From Clostridia bacterium (GTDB lineage: Bacteria; Bacillota; Clostridia; TANB77; UBA1234), in the NCBI GenBank assembly GCA_900765095.1, contig CAAFRB010000058.1, positions 2,364-66,363 of the forward strand: 64,000 nucleotides of DNA, in the 5' to 3' direction. Position numbers and translations under genes: made by a program. Positions within the stretch are counted from its first letter, which is position 1. Each line of letters starts with the position of its first letter. Below the pieces are notes generated by a model that searched no databases, was not told the DNA's origin, and saw only the letters and a list, made by a program, of their open reading frames with translations. This document shows positions 22,262 to 30,983 of this stretch, in pieces.

Positions 22262-23932
22262 TTATCTTTTAATTTTGTTTGTTGTAGTCTTTTTAAATTC
22301 TTCTTCTCTGATTTTTATGTCTGTTATATGCTTATATACTGGTAGTTCTTTTGTAACCTTTGAAATATCCTTTTTCAATACCTCTTCTATATCTACTTCT
22401 CCAATCTCTTTAACTTTTTCTTTGTTTAAGTATACCTCTGCCATAAGAGAATGTTCATGGCCAGAATCATCATTTTTGCCTCTAACAACAACCTCGGCAA
22501 CGTAAGGCACTTTTAATATGTAACTTTCTATTTCCTCTGGATATATGTTCTTTCCATTGTCTAAAACTATTACATTCTTCTTTCTTCCATTTATAACTAA
22601 CAATCCTTTATCATTAAATCTGCCGTAATCCTCTGTGTTAAACCAACCGTCCTTCAATACTTTTTCAGTACGTTCTTTGTCTTTGTAATATCCCATCATT
22701 ACGATATCACCTTTTACACAAATTTCTCCGTCACCATCACTATTGACATTTTCAAATTTAATTTCACAACAAGGAAGCACTACACCAACAGTTCTTGGAT
22801 CATTAAATTCTTCTCTATTTACACTAACTAGAGGTGAACATTCAGTTATTCCATATCCATTTATCAAGTCAATACCAATTGAATCAAAGAAATATCCTAT
22901 GTCTGCTCTTAATGGTGCTCCACCAACTACAATCTTGCGTAGTTTTCCACCAAAGGCTTCGTGAATAGATTTGAAGAAAGTTTTTCTCTTGTCAATTCCA
23001 ATCTTTCTTAAGCAATTACTTAATTTAATTAAAAATTTCAATCCACTTTCTTTATTAGTTTTTTTAGCATTATTCCATATATTTTTATAGAAGATTTCAG
23101 CAAATGCCGGAACTAAATATATGTAATCTGGCTTGTAGTATTGTATGTTTTTCAAGACATTCTTTAAACTATCATTTATACATATAGTTGAATGTTTTAG
23201 CATTCCAACAAGAAGACCAGAAACAGCTTCATAAGTATGGTGATATGGCAAAACAGACAAACATTTTGTATATATAACAGCTACTCTTAAGCCATAATAT
23301 GCACTACTTACTAAATTATGTTCTGAAAGCATTACTCCCTTTGGTTTATCTGTTGTTCCAGAAGTATAAACAAGCATCTTTAATTTTTTAGTATCATCAT
23401 GTTCTATCTCTTCAAATATGTGATTTCCGTTTTCAATTTCTTTCCTACCAATTTCTAAGAACTTAGAATAAGATAACGACACATCATCGTCATCCTTCTT
23501 ATTAAAAGCAACAAAGTACTTAATTTGAGGTAATTCTTTTTTTATGTCATCTATGTATTCTTCGTACTTTGAAGAATAAAATAAAAGTTCACTCTCACTA
23601 TTTTTTAACACGTTAATTATCTCAATCTTTGTCAATTCCTTGTCAATAGGCACAAACACTCCGTTTGAACGTAAAGCCGTCAAATATGTAGTAATCCAAT
23701 TGTAACTATTTTCGCCTATCGTAGCCAAATGCTTATCCGCCATTCCTATCTTTAGCAAAGCTGTGCCTAAACTGTTAATATCGCTCTTAAATTGCTTATA
23801 TGTTATTTCTATTAGTTTATCTTTTTCTTTATATTCAAACGCATTCACATTTCCTGCTTCTTTTTCCGCCAAGTCAATAATTTCTTTTATTGTATTTACT
23901 TTAGGTACGTCGTTATACTTTATATCCTTCAT
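22262..23932 (-). CDS. AMP-dependent long-chain acyl-CoA synthetase/ligase
   Basis: AMP-binding motif YTSGTTDKPKGV; 556 aa. Confidence 0.8.
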   Translation of the reverse strand: MKDIKYNDVPKVNTIKEIIDLAEKEAGNVNAFEYKEKDKLIEITYKQFKSDINSLGTALLKIGMADKHLATIGENSYNWITTYLTALRSNGVFVPIDKELTKIEIINVLKNSESELLFYSSKYEEYIDDIKKELPQIKYFVAFNKKDDDDVSLSYSKFLEIGRKEIENGNHIFEEIEHDDTKKLKMLVYTSGTTDKPKGVMLSEHNLVSSAYYGLRVAVIYTKCLSVLPYHHTYEAVSGLLVGMLKHSTICINDSLKNVLKNIQYYKPDYIYLVPAFAEIFYKNIWNNAKKTNKESGLKFLIKLSNCLRKIGIDKRKTFFKSIHEAFGGKLRKIVVGGAPLRADIGYFFDSIGIDLINGYGITECSPLVSVNREEFNDPRTVGVVLPCCEIKFENVNSDGDGEICVKGDIVMMGYYKDKERTEKVLKDGWFNTEDYGRFNDKGLLVINGRKKNVIVLDNGKNIYPEEIESYILKVPYVAEVVVRGKNDDSGHEHSLMAEVYLNKEKVKEIGEVDIEEVLKKDISKVTKELPVYKHITDIKIREEEFKKTTTNKIKR

Positions 23933-23953
23933 CTATATGCCTCCTTAATCCTT

Positions 23954-24056
23954 TAAGAAAGATGAAAATCTCCGATTTCCATTCTTTCTACAATAGGAAA
24001 GAGAAAACAATATAAAAAACATTGTGAAATTTGTTACTTTCCCATTGTATAAAAAT
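23954..24056 (+). repeat. repeat copy, modules A+C (no B)
   Basis: taagaaagatgaaaatctccgatttccattctttc + tacaataggaaag..ctttcccattgtataaaaa. Confidence 0.75.
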
Positions 24057-24072
24057 ATAAATTAGTTTTTCT

Positions 24073-24098
24073 TTTGATTATAATTTGATAATCAAAAA
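24073..24098 (-). promoter_or_regulatory. candidate TetR operator palindrome overlapping the -10 of the acyl-CoA synthetase gene
   Basis: TTTTGATTATAATTTGATAATCAAAA (TGATTAT-N6-ATAATCA) directly downstream of the TetR gene and upstream of the ligase gene. Confidence 0.3.
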
Positions 24099-24150
24099 CT
24101 TACAGTCAAATTATATTTTAAAAAGATATTAAAGTCATTAAACTAGATGG

Positions 24151-24723
24151 TCAGTTTTTTAAAAGTTTCAATATGTAATCAGTATATTCTTTATACAACT
24201 CATTTATAGTAAGCTCTTCTTTTCCTTTATACATAAGGCATGAACATATCACACTATATATTACGTAAGCAGTAACTTCAGGGTTTCCTTTTTTTATCTC
24301 GCCTTTACTCATTCCCTCTTCAACAACATTCTTTATTTTAAACAAATAGTTTTCTATACATTTCTTGCAGGCCTTATTTCTTTCGCCATTGCCCCACATA
24401 TCGCCTAATATTATTCTAACAAAGTTTTCATACTTAATTATTACCTTTATTTGTACTAATATTATTTCTTTTATCTTTTCTATAGAATTATCAGCCTTTT
24501 TTATTCTCAATTCAACACTATTTATTAATAGCTTTCCACCCTCTTCAACTAAAAAGAAAAATATGTCTTCTTTCTTTTGGAAATGATAATAAAACGTTCC
24601 TTTGGCAATGCCTGCAACAGCAGTTATTTCCTCGATACTTGTTGAATCATAGCCTTTTGTTGCAAAAAGTTCCATAGCCTTTTCAAAAATCTTTCTTTTT
24701 GTTTTATGCATAATAATTTTCAC
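24151..24723 (-). CDS. TetR/AcrR-family transcriptional regulator
   Basis: N-terminal HTH ..IFEKAMELFATKGYDSTSIEEITAVAGIAKGTFYYHF.. Confidence 0.8.
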   Translation of the reverse strand: MKIIMHKTKRKIFEKAMELFATKGYDSTSIEEITAVAGIAKGTFYYHFQKKEDIFFFLVEEGGKLLINSVELRIKKADNSIEKIKEIILVQIKVIIKYENFVRIILGDMWGNGERNKACKKCIENYLFKIKNVVEEGMSKGEIKKGNPEVTAYVIYSVICSCLMYKGKEELTINELYKEYTDYILKLLKN

Positions 24724-24863
24724 CTCTTCAAATTACTTTTATTTTGTTTTCACGAATGTTACCCATATTTCATAAATAAGAAAGTAGAAAGCTTTTGTTT
24801 CCTATCTTTCGAATCTCGCAAATCTTTGCTGTATAAAATTAAAACATATAAATACTATCATAA

Positions 24864-25994
24864 CTACTCTTCCCATTTCAAATATTTTTTGCCAAAATGA
24901 CCATAATTAGTAGTATTTTTGTATATAGGTTTCCTCAAGTCAAGTGCCTTTATAATCCCTTTAGGAGTTAAGTCGTACTCATGATTTATTTTATTCACTA
25001 TTTCCTCATTTGAGATTTTGTTTGTTCCAAATGTTTCAACTAATATCGATACTGGCTTTGCAACACCAATTGCATAAGCAAGTTCAATTTGACATTTATC
25101 TGCTAAACCATTTTTTACAATATCTTTTGCAATCTTTCTAGCCATATACGTTGCAGACCTATCAACTTTAGTTGGATCCTTTCCTGAAAACGAGCCACCA
25201 CCATGTGGAGCATAACCACCATAAGTATCTACTATTATCTTTCTGCCTGTAAGTCCGCTATCGCCTGCCGGTCCTCCAATTACAAATCTTCCTGTAGGGT
25301 TGATAAGGTATCTAGTATCTTCATCAAGAAACTCTTCTGGTATAGTAGTCTTTATTACTTTTTCTATTACATCTTTTCTTAAAATCTCTTGTGTTACATT
25401 CTCGTCATGTTGTGCAGAAATAACTATAGCATCAATTCTTTTCGGCTTTCCGCTTTCATCATACTCCACAGTCACTTGTGTTTTTCCATCTGGTCTTAAG
25501 TATGACATAATTTCCTCTTTTCTTACACAAGCTAACTTCTTAGCAAGTTTATGAGCATAATATATAGGAAATGGCATGTATTCTTCAGTTTCATTACAAG
25601 CATATCCAAATATAATTCCTTGATCACCAGCACCTTCTCCCATGTTTTCACCACTTTTTTCCTCTTGTGATTTGTCTACACCTAATGCAATATCAGGAGA
25701 TTGTTGCTTTAACATTACTTTTATTTCGCACGTATCAGCATTAAAGCCATACTCTTCCTTCGTATAACCTATGCTCTTTATTGTATCTCTCACTATTTTT
25801 TCAATATCCACTTTTGCTTTTGTTGTAACTTCGCCCATTACAAGCACAAAATTATTATTAGCACATACTTCACAAGCAACCCTTGAATCTGGATCTTGCT
25901 CTATCATTGCATCTAAAATATTATCTGCTATTAAGTCACATACTTTATCTGGATGTCCTTCTGTTACACTTTCACTTGTAAATAATTTTTTCAT
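24864..25994 (-). CDS. metK: S-adenosylmethionine synthetase
   Basis: ..[14 protein letters not shown].., ..[16 protein letters not shown]..; full-length 376 aa. Confidence 0.95.
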   Translation of the reverse strand: MKKLFTSESVTEGHPDKVCDLIADNILDAMIEQDPDSRVACEVCANNNFVLVMGEVTTKAKVDIEKIVRDTIKSIGYTKEEYGFNADTCEIKVMLKQQSPDIALGVDKSQEEKSGENMGEGAGDQGIIFGYACNETEEYMPFPIYYAHKLAKKLACVRKEEIMSYLRPDGKTQVTVEYDESGKPKRIDAIVISAQHDENVTQEILRKDVIEKVIKTTIPEEFLDEDTRYLINPTGRFVIGGPAGDSGLTGRKIIVDTYGGYAPHGGGSFSGKDPTKVDRSATYMARKIAKDIVKNGLADKCQIELAYAIGVAKPVSILVETFGTNKISNEEIVNKINHEYDLTPKGIIKALDLRKPIYKNTTNYGHFGKKYLKWEE

Positions 25995-26014
25995 ATTAAA
26001 CGTTTCCTTTCTAT

Positions 26015-26175
26015 TCTATTACTCAGAGATGGAAATCTACGATTTTCATTCTTTCGACCCTCGAGAGTTTTCGACTGAAAATGAGAAAAGTTCTCGCATA
26101 AATTAAAGTTTTTTTATACAATAGGAAAGATAATTAATGCATAAAAGGTTGCAAATTTGTTAATTTCCTATTGTA
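26015..26175 (+). repeat. repeat copy A(partial)+B+C inserted in the metK leader between the riboswitch terminator and the metK RBS
   Basis: ..gattttcattctttcgaccctcgagagttttcgactgaaaatgagaaaagttctcgcataaattaaagtttttttatacaataggaaag..tttcctattgtataaaaaaa. Confidence 0.8.
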
Positions 26176-26315
26176 TAAAAAAACGATAGGACACAAAATC
26201 CTATCGCTAACATTTTGTATCACTCAAGCCTTTGCTTGTCGGTATTAGCACCTTAGTTTTAACTAGGTTGCTGTGGAGTCATAAAGCCGATCTCTCGTCC
26301 ACTCTTGATATCTAT
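26176..26315 (-). promoter_or_regulatory. SAM-I (S-box) riboswitch aptamer plus intrinsic terminator in the metK leader
   Basis: Minus-strand RNA: UAUCAAGAGUGGACGAGAGAUCGGCUUUAUGACUCCACAGCAACC...AAGGUGCUAAUACC...CUUGAGUGAUA (S-box-like P1-P4 elements), followed by the hairpin CGAUAGGAUUUUGUGUCCUAUCG + U7. Confidence 0.55.
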
Positions 26316-26352
26316 TTATTCACATTATTATCAAATTTTATTCATAAGCGTT

Positions 26353-26793
26353 TCACGCCAACATAGAACGTACTATATCGCTTAATAACTTGTTATCTGC
26401 TCTTCCCGCTGTTTTTGTTTTAGCAATCTGCATTACTTTTCCCATGTCTTTTATAGAAGTAGCGCCAGCCTCTTTAACAGCATCTTCAACTATCTTCTGA
26501 ATCTCTTCTTTAGTAAGTTCTGCTGGTAAATATGCTTTTATAATTGCAATCTCGTCATTAACTTCAGAAATCAAATCGTTTCTTCCACTTTTTTCAATAT
26601 CCGCTAATGTTTCTTTTCTCTTCTTTAACTCTTTAGCAATTATTTCTAGTATTTCATTTTCACCTAATTCTTTTTGGGTATCTTTTTCTATTTGTAATAT
26701 TGCAGATCTTATCATCATTATTGTGTTCTTTTTTAGTTCGTTTTTTTCTTTCATAGCATTTTTGAAGTCTTCTAATAATTGTTCTTTTAGCAC
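26353..26793 (-). CDS. GatB/YqeY-domain protein
   Basis: 146 aa, typical YqeY architecture, immediately downstream of rpsU as in many Firmicutes. Confidence 0.75.
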   Translation of the reverse strand: MLKEQLLEDFKNAMKEKNELKKNTIMMIRSAILQIEKDTQKELGENEILEIIAKELKKRKETLADIEKSGRNDLISEVNDEIAIIKAYLPAELTKEEIQKIVEDAVKEAGATSIKDMGKVMQIAKTKTAGRADNKLLSDIVRSMLA

Positions 26794-26842
26794 AATATCA
26801 CACTCCTTTATAGCAAGATTCGTTTCTATTCTATAAAAACTA

Positions 26843-26868
26843 AGGCAGATTTTTCAATCTGCCTCAAC
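26843..26868 (-). terminator. intrinsic terminator downstream of rpsU
   Basis: Minus RNA GAGGCAGAUUGAAAAAUCUGCCUU + AGUUUUUAU. Confidence 0.55.
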
Positions 26869-26897
26869 ACTGTATGCTTTACAATCTATATTAAAAA

Positions 26898-27071
26898 TTA
26901 AAACTTTCTCTTTCTAGCAGCCTCTGATTTTTTCTTTCTTTTTACACTTGGCTTTTCATAATGCTCTCTTTTTCTAACCTCTTGTAAAACTCCACTTTTT
27001 GCACAATCTCTTTTGAATCTCTTTAGTGCATTATCTATTGACTCATTATCTCTAATTCTGATACCTGACAT
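26898..27071 (-). CDS. rpsU: 30S ribosomal protein S21
   Basis: [21 protein letters not shown]...; RBS GGAAGGAGGG. Confidence 0.9.
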   Translation of the reverse strand: MSGIRIRDNESIDNALKRFKRDCAKSGVLQEVRKREHYEKPSVKRKKKSEAARKRKF

Positions 27072-27135
27072 CCTTTTCCCTCCTTCCAAAGCGCTTTACT
27101 TAAGTACAGTACCATGTTTCAGGTACCGCATAATA

Positions 27136-27396
27136 CTAAAGTGTATTTAAAGCTCTTGCAAGGCTTGATTTTTTTCTAGAAGCAGTATTATCTTTAATAA
27201 CTCCTTTATTTGCAGCTTTCTCAACAGCTTTTGTTGCTACTTTAAATAATTCTGTTGCTTTTTCTTTATTTCCTTCTTCAACAGCAACTTTAAAGTTCTT
27301 TACAGCTGTCTTATAAGCAGTTTTAACCATAGCGTTTTGTGCTGATCTAGTTTTTGTTGTTTTTACTCTTTTGATTGCAGATTTAATATTTGGCAT
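27136..27396 (-). CDS. rpsT: 30S ribosomal protein S20
   Basis: MPNIKSAIKRVKTTKTRSAQN..; RBS AAAGGAGGTG. Confidence 0.9.
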   Translation of the reverse strand: MPNIKSAIKRVKTTKTRSAQNAMVKTAYKTAVKNFKVAVEEGNKEKATELFKVATKAVEKAANKGVIKDNTASRKKSSLARALNTL

Positions 27397-27721
27397 ATCA
27401 ATTGCACCTCCTTTTGCACATTTTGTCAGTTTACTTACGATAGTGTAGCATACTACTGCCAAAAATGCAAGTATTATTTTACAATTTTACATAAATTTGG
27501 TTATAGCTACAACTACTCTTTCCCTAGGTATTCACGTAATATATGCTGATATTTGTGCTTGTTTACACTAATATTTGTCTAAATTTTTATAAAATTGTAA
27601 ACCAATTATTTCCGTAATATTTATAGTATTTTTTGCTTATTTTTCAAGTGTTTACAAGTTTTTTGTGATTGATTTTTATAGTTTACCATGCTATAATTAT
27701 GTTATACAGTCTGAATAGGAG

Positions 27722-27991
27722 ATGGTTTCTATGGTAAATAATATTGTAAACAAATTAAATTCTATAAATAATTTTTCTAAAAAAATAATTGTCGTAGCTT
27801 CTATTGTTTCTCTAATATTATGTGTTACTGGCACCGGTATAATTACATATAACGATAACGGTAGCTCAACAATGATGCTATACACGATAGGTTCTACAAT
27901 GATTTACACATCAATTGTATTATTTGCACAGTTTGTAATTGGTAGCCTTGTCATCGACTTTGTAAATACTTTAATTAATAATAAAGATTAA
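27722..27991 (+). CDS. small membrane protein (89 aa, 2 TM)
   Basis: RBS AGGAGA 8 nt upstream; sigma-A-like promoter TTGATT-N17-TGcTATAAT at 27669-27697. Confidence 0.4.
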   Translation: MVSMVNNIVNKLNSINNFSKKIIVVASIVSLILCVTGTGIITYNDNGSSTMMLYTIGSTMIYTSIVLFAQFVIGSLVIDFVNTLINNKD

Positions 27992-28830
27992 AAATTCGAC
28001 CTCATGTAATAAAACAGATATTGTTGTGCGATTCCTGCATGCTCTCCAAATTTGTGTTCTGCAAATGTGGAGATTTTTTTTATATCTTTTGACTCGTTAT
28101 AAAGCTGTGCCATGACCTTTTTAATCCATGTGTCTACCGGGAAAGCCTCTCCCTTTTTCATAGAGAAAAGTAATATGCAATCTGCTACCTTTGCACCAAC
28201 ACCTGGTATTTGCAGTAAATTACTTTTAGCTTCTTTGTAGCTCATTTTCTTTATCTCGCTTAAATTTATACCACCAGAGCACACCATTTGTGTAGCATTA
28301 TATACATATTTATCTCTAAAGCCTAGATTAAGACCTCTTAAGTCATCTATACTTGCCAAAGATAATTCTTCTGGAGTTGGGAATTTATAATATTCTTTTC
28401 CATTCCAACTTATTTTCTGCCCATATACCCTCGATATATTCTCAACAATCCTTGATATTCTCGGAATGTTATTTGCAGCAGATATTATAAAACTTATAAG
28501 CATTTCCCAAGGGTCTTGATTCAATATTCTAATTCCGTAACCATATTCAATTGCTTTCTTCATATTTAAGTCATTTTCTTGTAATTTTTCTTTTATTAAT
28601 GTGTAATCTGTTTTACAGTCAAAATAGTCCAGAATTTTATCTCTATCTTTTTCATCAAAATTTCCAGATATGATAACATCTTTATTTTCTTTCTTTATAT
28701 TAATAACTCCATATTTAATTACGCCTGTATAGCTTCCATCATTTTCTTTTTGCCACCTAAAACACTGTCCACATTCGAAAATGTGGACAGGTTCAAAGTC
28801 GCTTAAATTATTAAGTTTAATTATCGCCAT
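27988..28830 (-). CDS. HhH-GPD superfamily DNA glycosylase (Ogg/AlkA-like 8-oxoguanine or 3-methyladenine glycosylase)
   Basis: N-terminal CGQCFRW (Ogg-like); HhH-GPD segment ..LLQIPGVGAKVADCILLF..; catalytic Asp context ..FPVDTWI.. Confidence 0.7.
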   Translation of the reverse strand: MAIIKLNNLSDFEPVHIFECGQCFRWQKENDGSYTGVIKYGVINIKKENKDVIISGNFDEKDRDKILDYFDCKTDYTLIKEKLQENDLNMKKAIEYGYGIRILNQDPWEMLISFIISAANNIPRISRIVENISRVYGQKISWNGKEYYKFPTPEELSLASIDDLRGLNLGFRDKYVYNATQMVCSGGINLSEIKKMSYKEAKSNLLQIPGVGAKVADCILLFSMKKGEAFPVDTWIKKVMAQLYNESKDIKKISTFAEHKFGEHAGIAQQYLFYYMRSNF

Positions 28831-29389
28831 TTCTTCTCCTCAAATTACTATTCTCTCGCCGGTTCATCCTCTTTGCCCAACAATGGCCACACAATGGGAC
28901 ATATTCTTTATCGCCAATCAGAATGTCTTTATCCTTATTCCCAATGTGAAAAGAATGAGTAGCACTACCACACTTACAATCCACGCAAATAGCCTTCCTC
29001 TTATCTACAGAAGTAGCTATGCAGAGTAAATCACGCATGATAGCAAATGGTTTTCCTTCTGCTGTCATATCCAAGCCTGCAATGTAGAAATTCTTACCTT
29101 CATTTGCCAAATTTTGAATTATATGAATATCACCTTCTAGGAATTGAAATTCATCAATGAAGTAATCCTGTGCATCGTAAGACAAGATTTCGCTAAGATT
29201 AGAAATGCAAAAAGCCTCAATGCTTCCTGCGTTCCGACTCTTTATGGTGTCCTTTCCAAACCGTTCATCAATAACTGGTTTAAACGCAACTGTTTTTCTT
29301 CCAGCTATCATTGACCTCTCATACTCAGCAAGTAAAAAAGCAGTTTTCCTCGAAAACATTGGCCCCGTATACACCACAATCTCAGCCAT
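28817..29389 (-). CDS. tdk: thymidine kinase (TK1-type) with a zinc-ribbon lid; atypical Walker A (Gly->Arg)
   Basis: YTGPMFSRKTAFLL (canonical is GxMFSGKS); C-terminal CVDCKCG...CGHCW; RBS AAAGGAG 9 nt before ATG at 29389. Confidence 0.8.
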   Translation of the reverse strand: MAEIVVYTGPMFSRKTAFLLAEYERSMIAGRKTVAFKPVIDERFGKDTIKSRNAGSIEAFCISNLSEILSYDAQDYFIDEFQFLEGDIHIIQNLANEGKNFYIAGLDMTAEGKPFAIMRDLLCIATSVDKRKAICVDCKCGSATHSFHIGNKDKDILIGDKEYVPLCGHCWAKRMNRRENSNLRRRNGDN

Positions 29390-29538
29390 TACAAAAGCTC
29401 CTTTCACAGATTCTTTTTTATTTATCAACCATCAAATACTATATACAATAATTTTAAATTGTGCAATATATTTTTCAGTGGTATAATATGGAATAGCATT
29501 TGGAATGCTTAATATACAGCTTTTAGAAAGGAAAAAAT

Positions 29539-30201
29539 ATGTCATCTTCAATTTTAAAGATTTTAGCATGTATTTTTATGTTAATAGATCATATTGGATT
29601 TTGCCTACTTCCAGGGTTGCCAATACTTAGAATAATAGGAAGGCTTGCATTTCCAATTTTTGCTTTTCAGATAGCTGTTGGATTTAAGCATACTAGTAAC
29701 AGAAAAAAATATTTTCTTAGAATGTTGATTTTTGCATTAGTTTCGCAAATACCATTTTTCATTTTCAGAGATGTAGCAGGTTATTCTGGTATAGCACTTA
29801 ATATAGGATTTACGTTCGTGTTATCCATAATTTCGCTTTACTTTGTTGAGTTAGCAAAAAAGAAAAATATACTTTTTGCACTGCTAGCAATCCCTGTATT
29901 GATATTAGCTAGTTATTTAAATGTTGATTACAAATGGTATGGTATAGCTGTTGTTATAACTTTTTACTTATTTGATTTAAAAAGTGCATTTGGATTTGTA
30001 TCAACCTTTATCATATTGTTAGCACTTTTGCTTGTGCATGTATATACATCAAACACTTCGGCAATTCAGCTGTACTCGCTATTTTCACTAATATTGCTGA
30101 TGTTCTATAATAATAAAAAAGGGTATGATTTGAGATATTTATTTTATGCATTTTATCCTGTGCATTTATTGATACTTAGTTTGATTAAGTATATAATGTG
30201 A
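29539..30201 (+). CDS. TraX-family integral membrane protein
   Basis: N-terminal ..LKILACIFMLIDHIGF.. TraX signature; 7 TM. Confidence 0.65.
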   Translation: MSSSILKILACIFMLIDHIGFCLLPGLPILRIIGRLAFPIFAFQIAVGFKHTSNRKKYFLRMLIFALVSQIPFFIFRDVAGYSGIALNIGFTFVLSIISLYFVELAKKKNILFALLAIPVLILASYLNVDYKWYGIAVVITFYLFDLKSAFGFVSTFIILLALLLVHVYTSNTSAIQLYSLFSLILLMFYNNKKGYDLRYLFYAFYPVHLLILSLIKYIM

Positions 30202-30290
30202 AAGTTCTCATTTATTTTATGTTTTTTTCACAAAGAAGACATATTTTTTTATTAATATTTAATTAAAGTTTTATTAAAAGGGTGAGTTAA

Positions 30291-30959
30291 TTGAGTGATT
30301 TTAAAATATTAGTTGTTGATGATGAAGCTCGTATGCGTAAGCTTCTAAAAGATTTTTTAAGTATGAATAATTATGAAGTGATTGAAGCAGAAAATGGTCA
30401 AAAAGCTTTAGAGGTTTTTAGTATGAATCCAGATACAAGCTTAATCATATTAGATATAATGATGCCATTATTAGATGGTTGGTCTACACTTCGTGAAATA
30501 AGGAAAACATCAAAGATTCCAGTTATAATGTTGACCGCTCGTGGTGAAGAACGTGATGAGTTGTTTGGATTTGAACTTGGTGTAGATGAATATATTTCTA
30601 AGCCATTTAGTCCTAAGATTCTAGTTGCAAGAGTAGAGGCTTTATTAAAAAGATGTTATCCATCATCTGATTCGGTAACGAGTTATGATGGCATTGTTAT
30701 TGATACAGATGCTCACATTGTTACTGTTGATGGCCAAAATGCAGACCTTAGTATGAAGGAGTTTGAACTTCTTAAGTTTTTAGTAGATAATAAAGGCTCT
30801 GCATTATCTCGTGAGAAAATTCTAAATCACGTATGGAATTATGATTACTATGGTGATTCAAGAACTATCGATAGCCATATAAAAAAGATACGTAAAAAAT
30901 TAGGCAAAAAAGGAGAACACATTCAAACTATTAGAGGACTAGGGTATAAATTCGAATAA
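30291..30959 (+). CDS. OmpR-family response regulator (TTG start)
   Basis: Receiver ..ILVVDDEARMRKLL.., DIMMP..DGW; C-terminal winged-helix trans_reg_C. Confidence 0.85.
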   Translation: MSDFKILVVDDEARMRKLLKDFLSMNNYEVIEAENGQKALEVFSMNPDTSLIILDIMMPLLDGWSTLREIRKTSKIPVIMLTARGEERDELFGFELGVDEYISKPFSPKILVARVEALLKRCYPSSDSVTSYDGIVIDTDAHIVTVDGQNADLSMKEFELLKFLVDNKGSALSREKILNHVWNYDYYGDSRTIDSHIKKIRKKLGKKGEHIQTIRGLGYKFE

Positions 30960-30983
30960 AATAGTTTGTTTAGGAGGAAAGTT

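Noticed and set aside
27697-27885. 62-aa minus-strand ORF
   Set aside because: It overlaps the better-supported plus-strand small membrane protein gene (27722-27991), which has an RBS and promoter. It has no RBS of its own.
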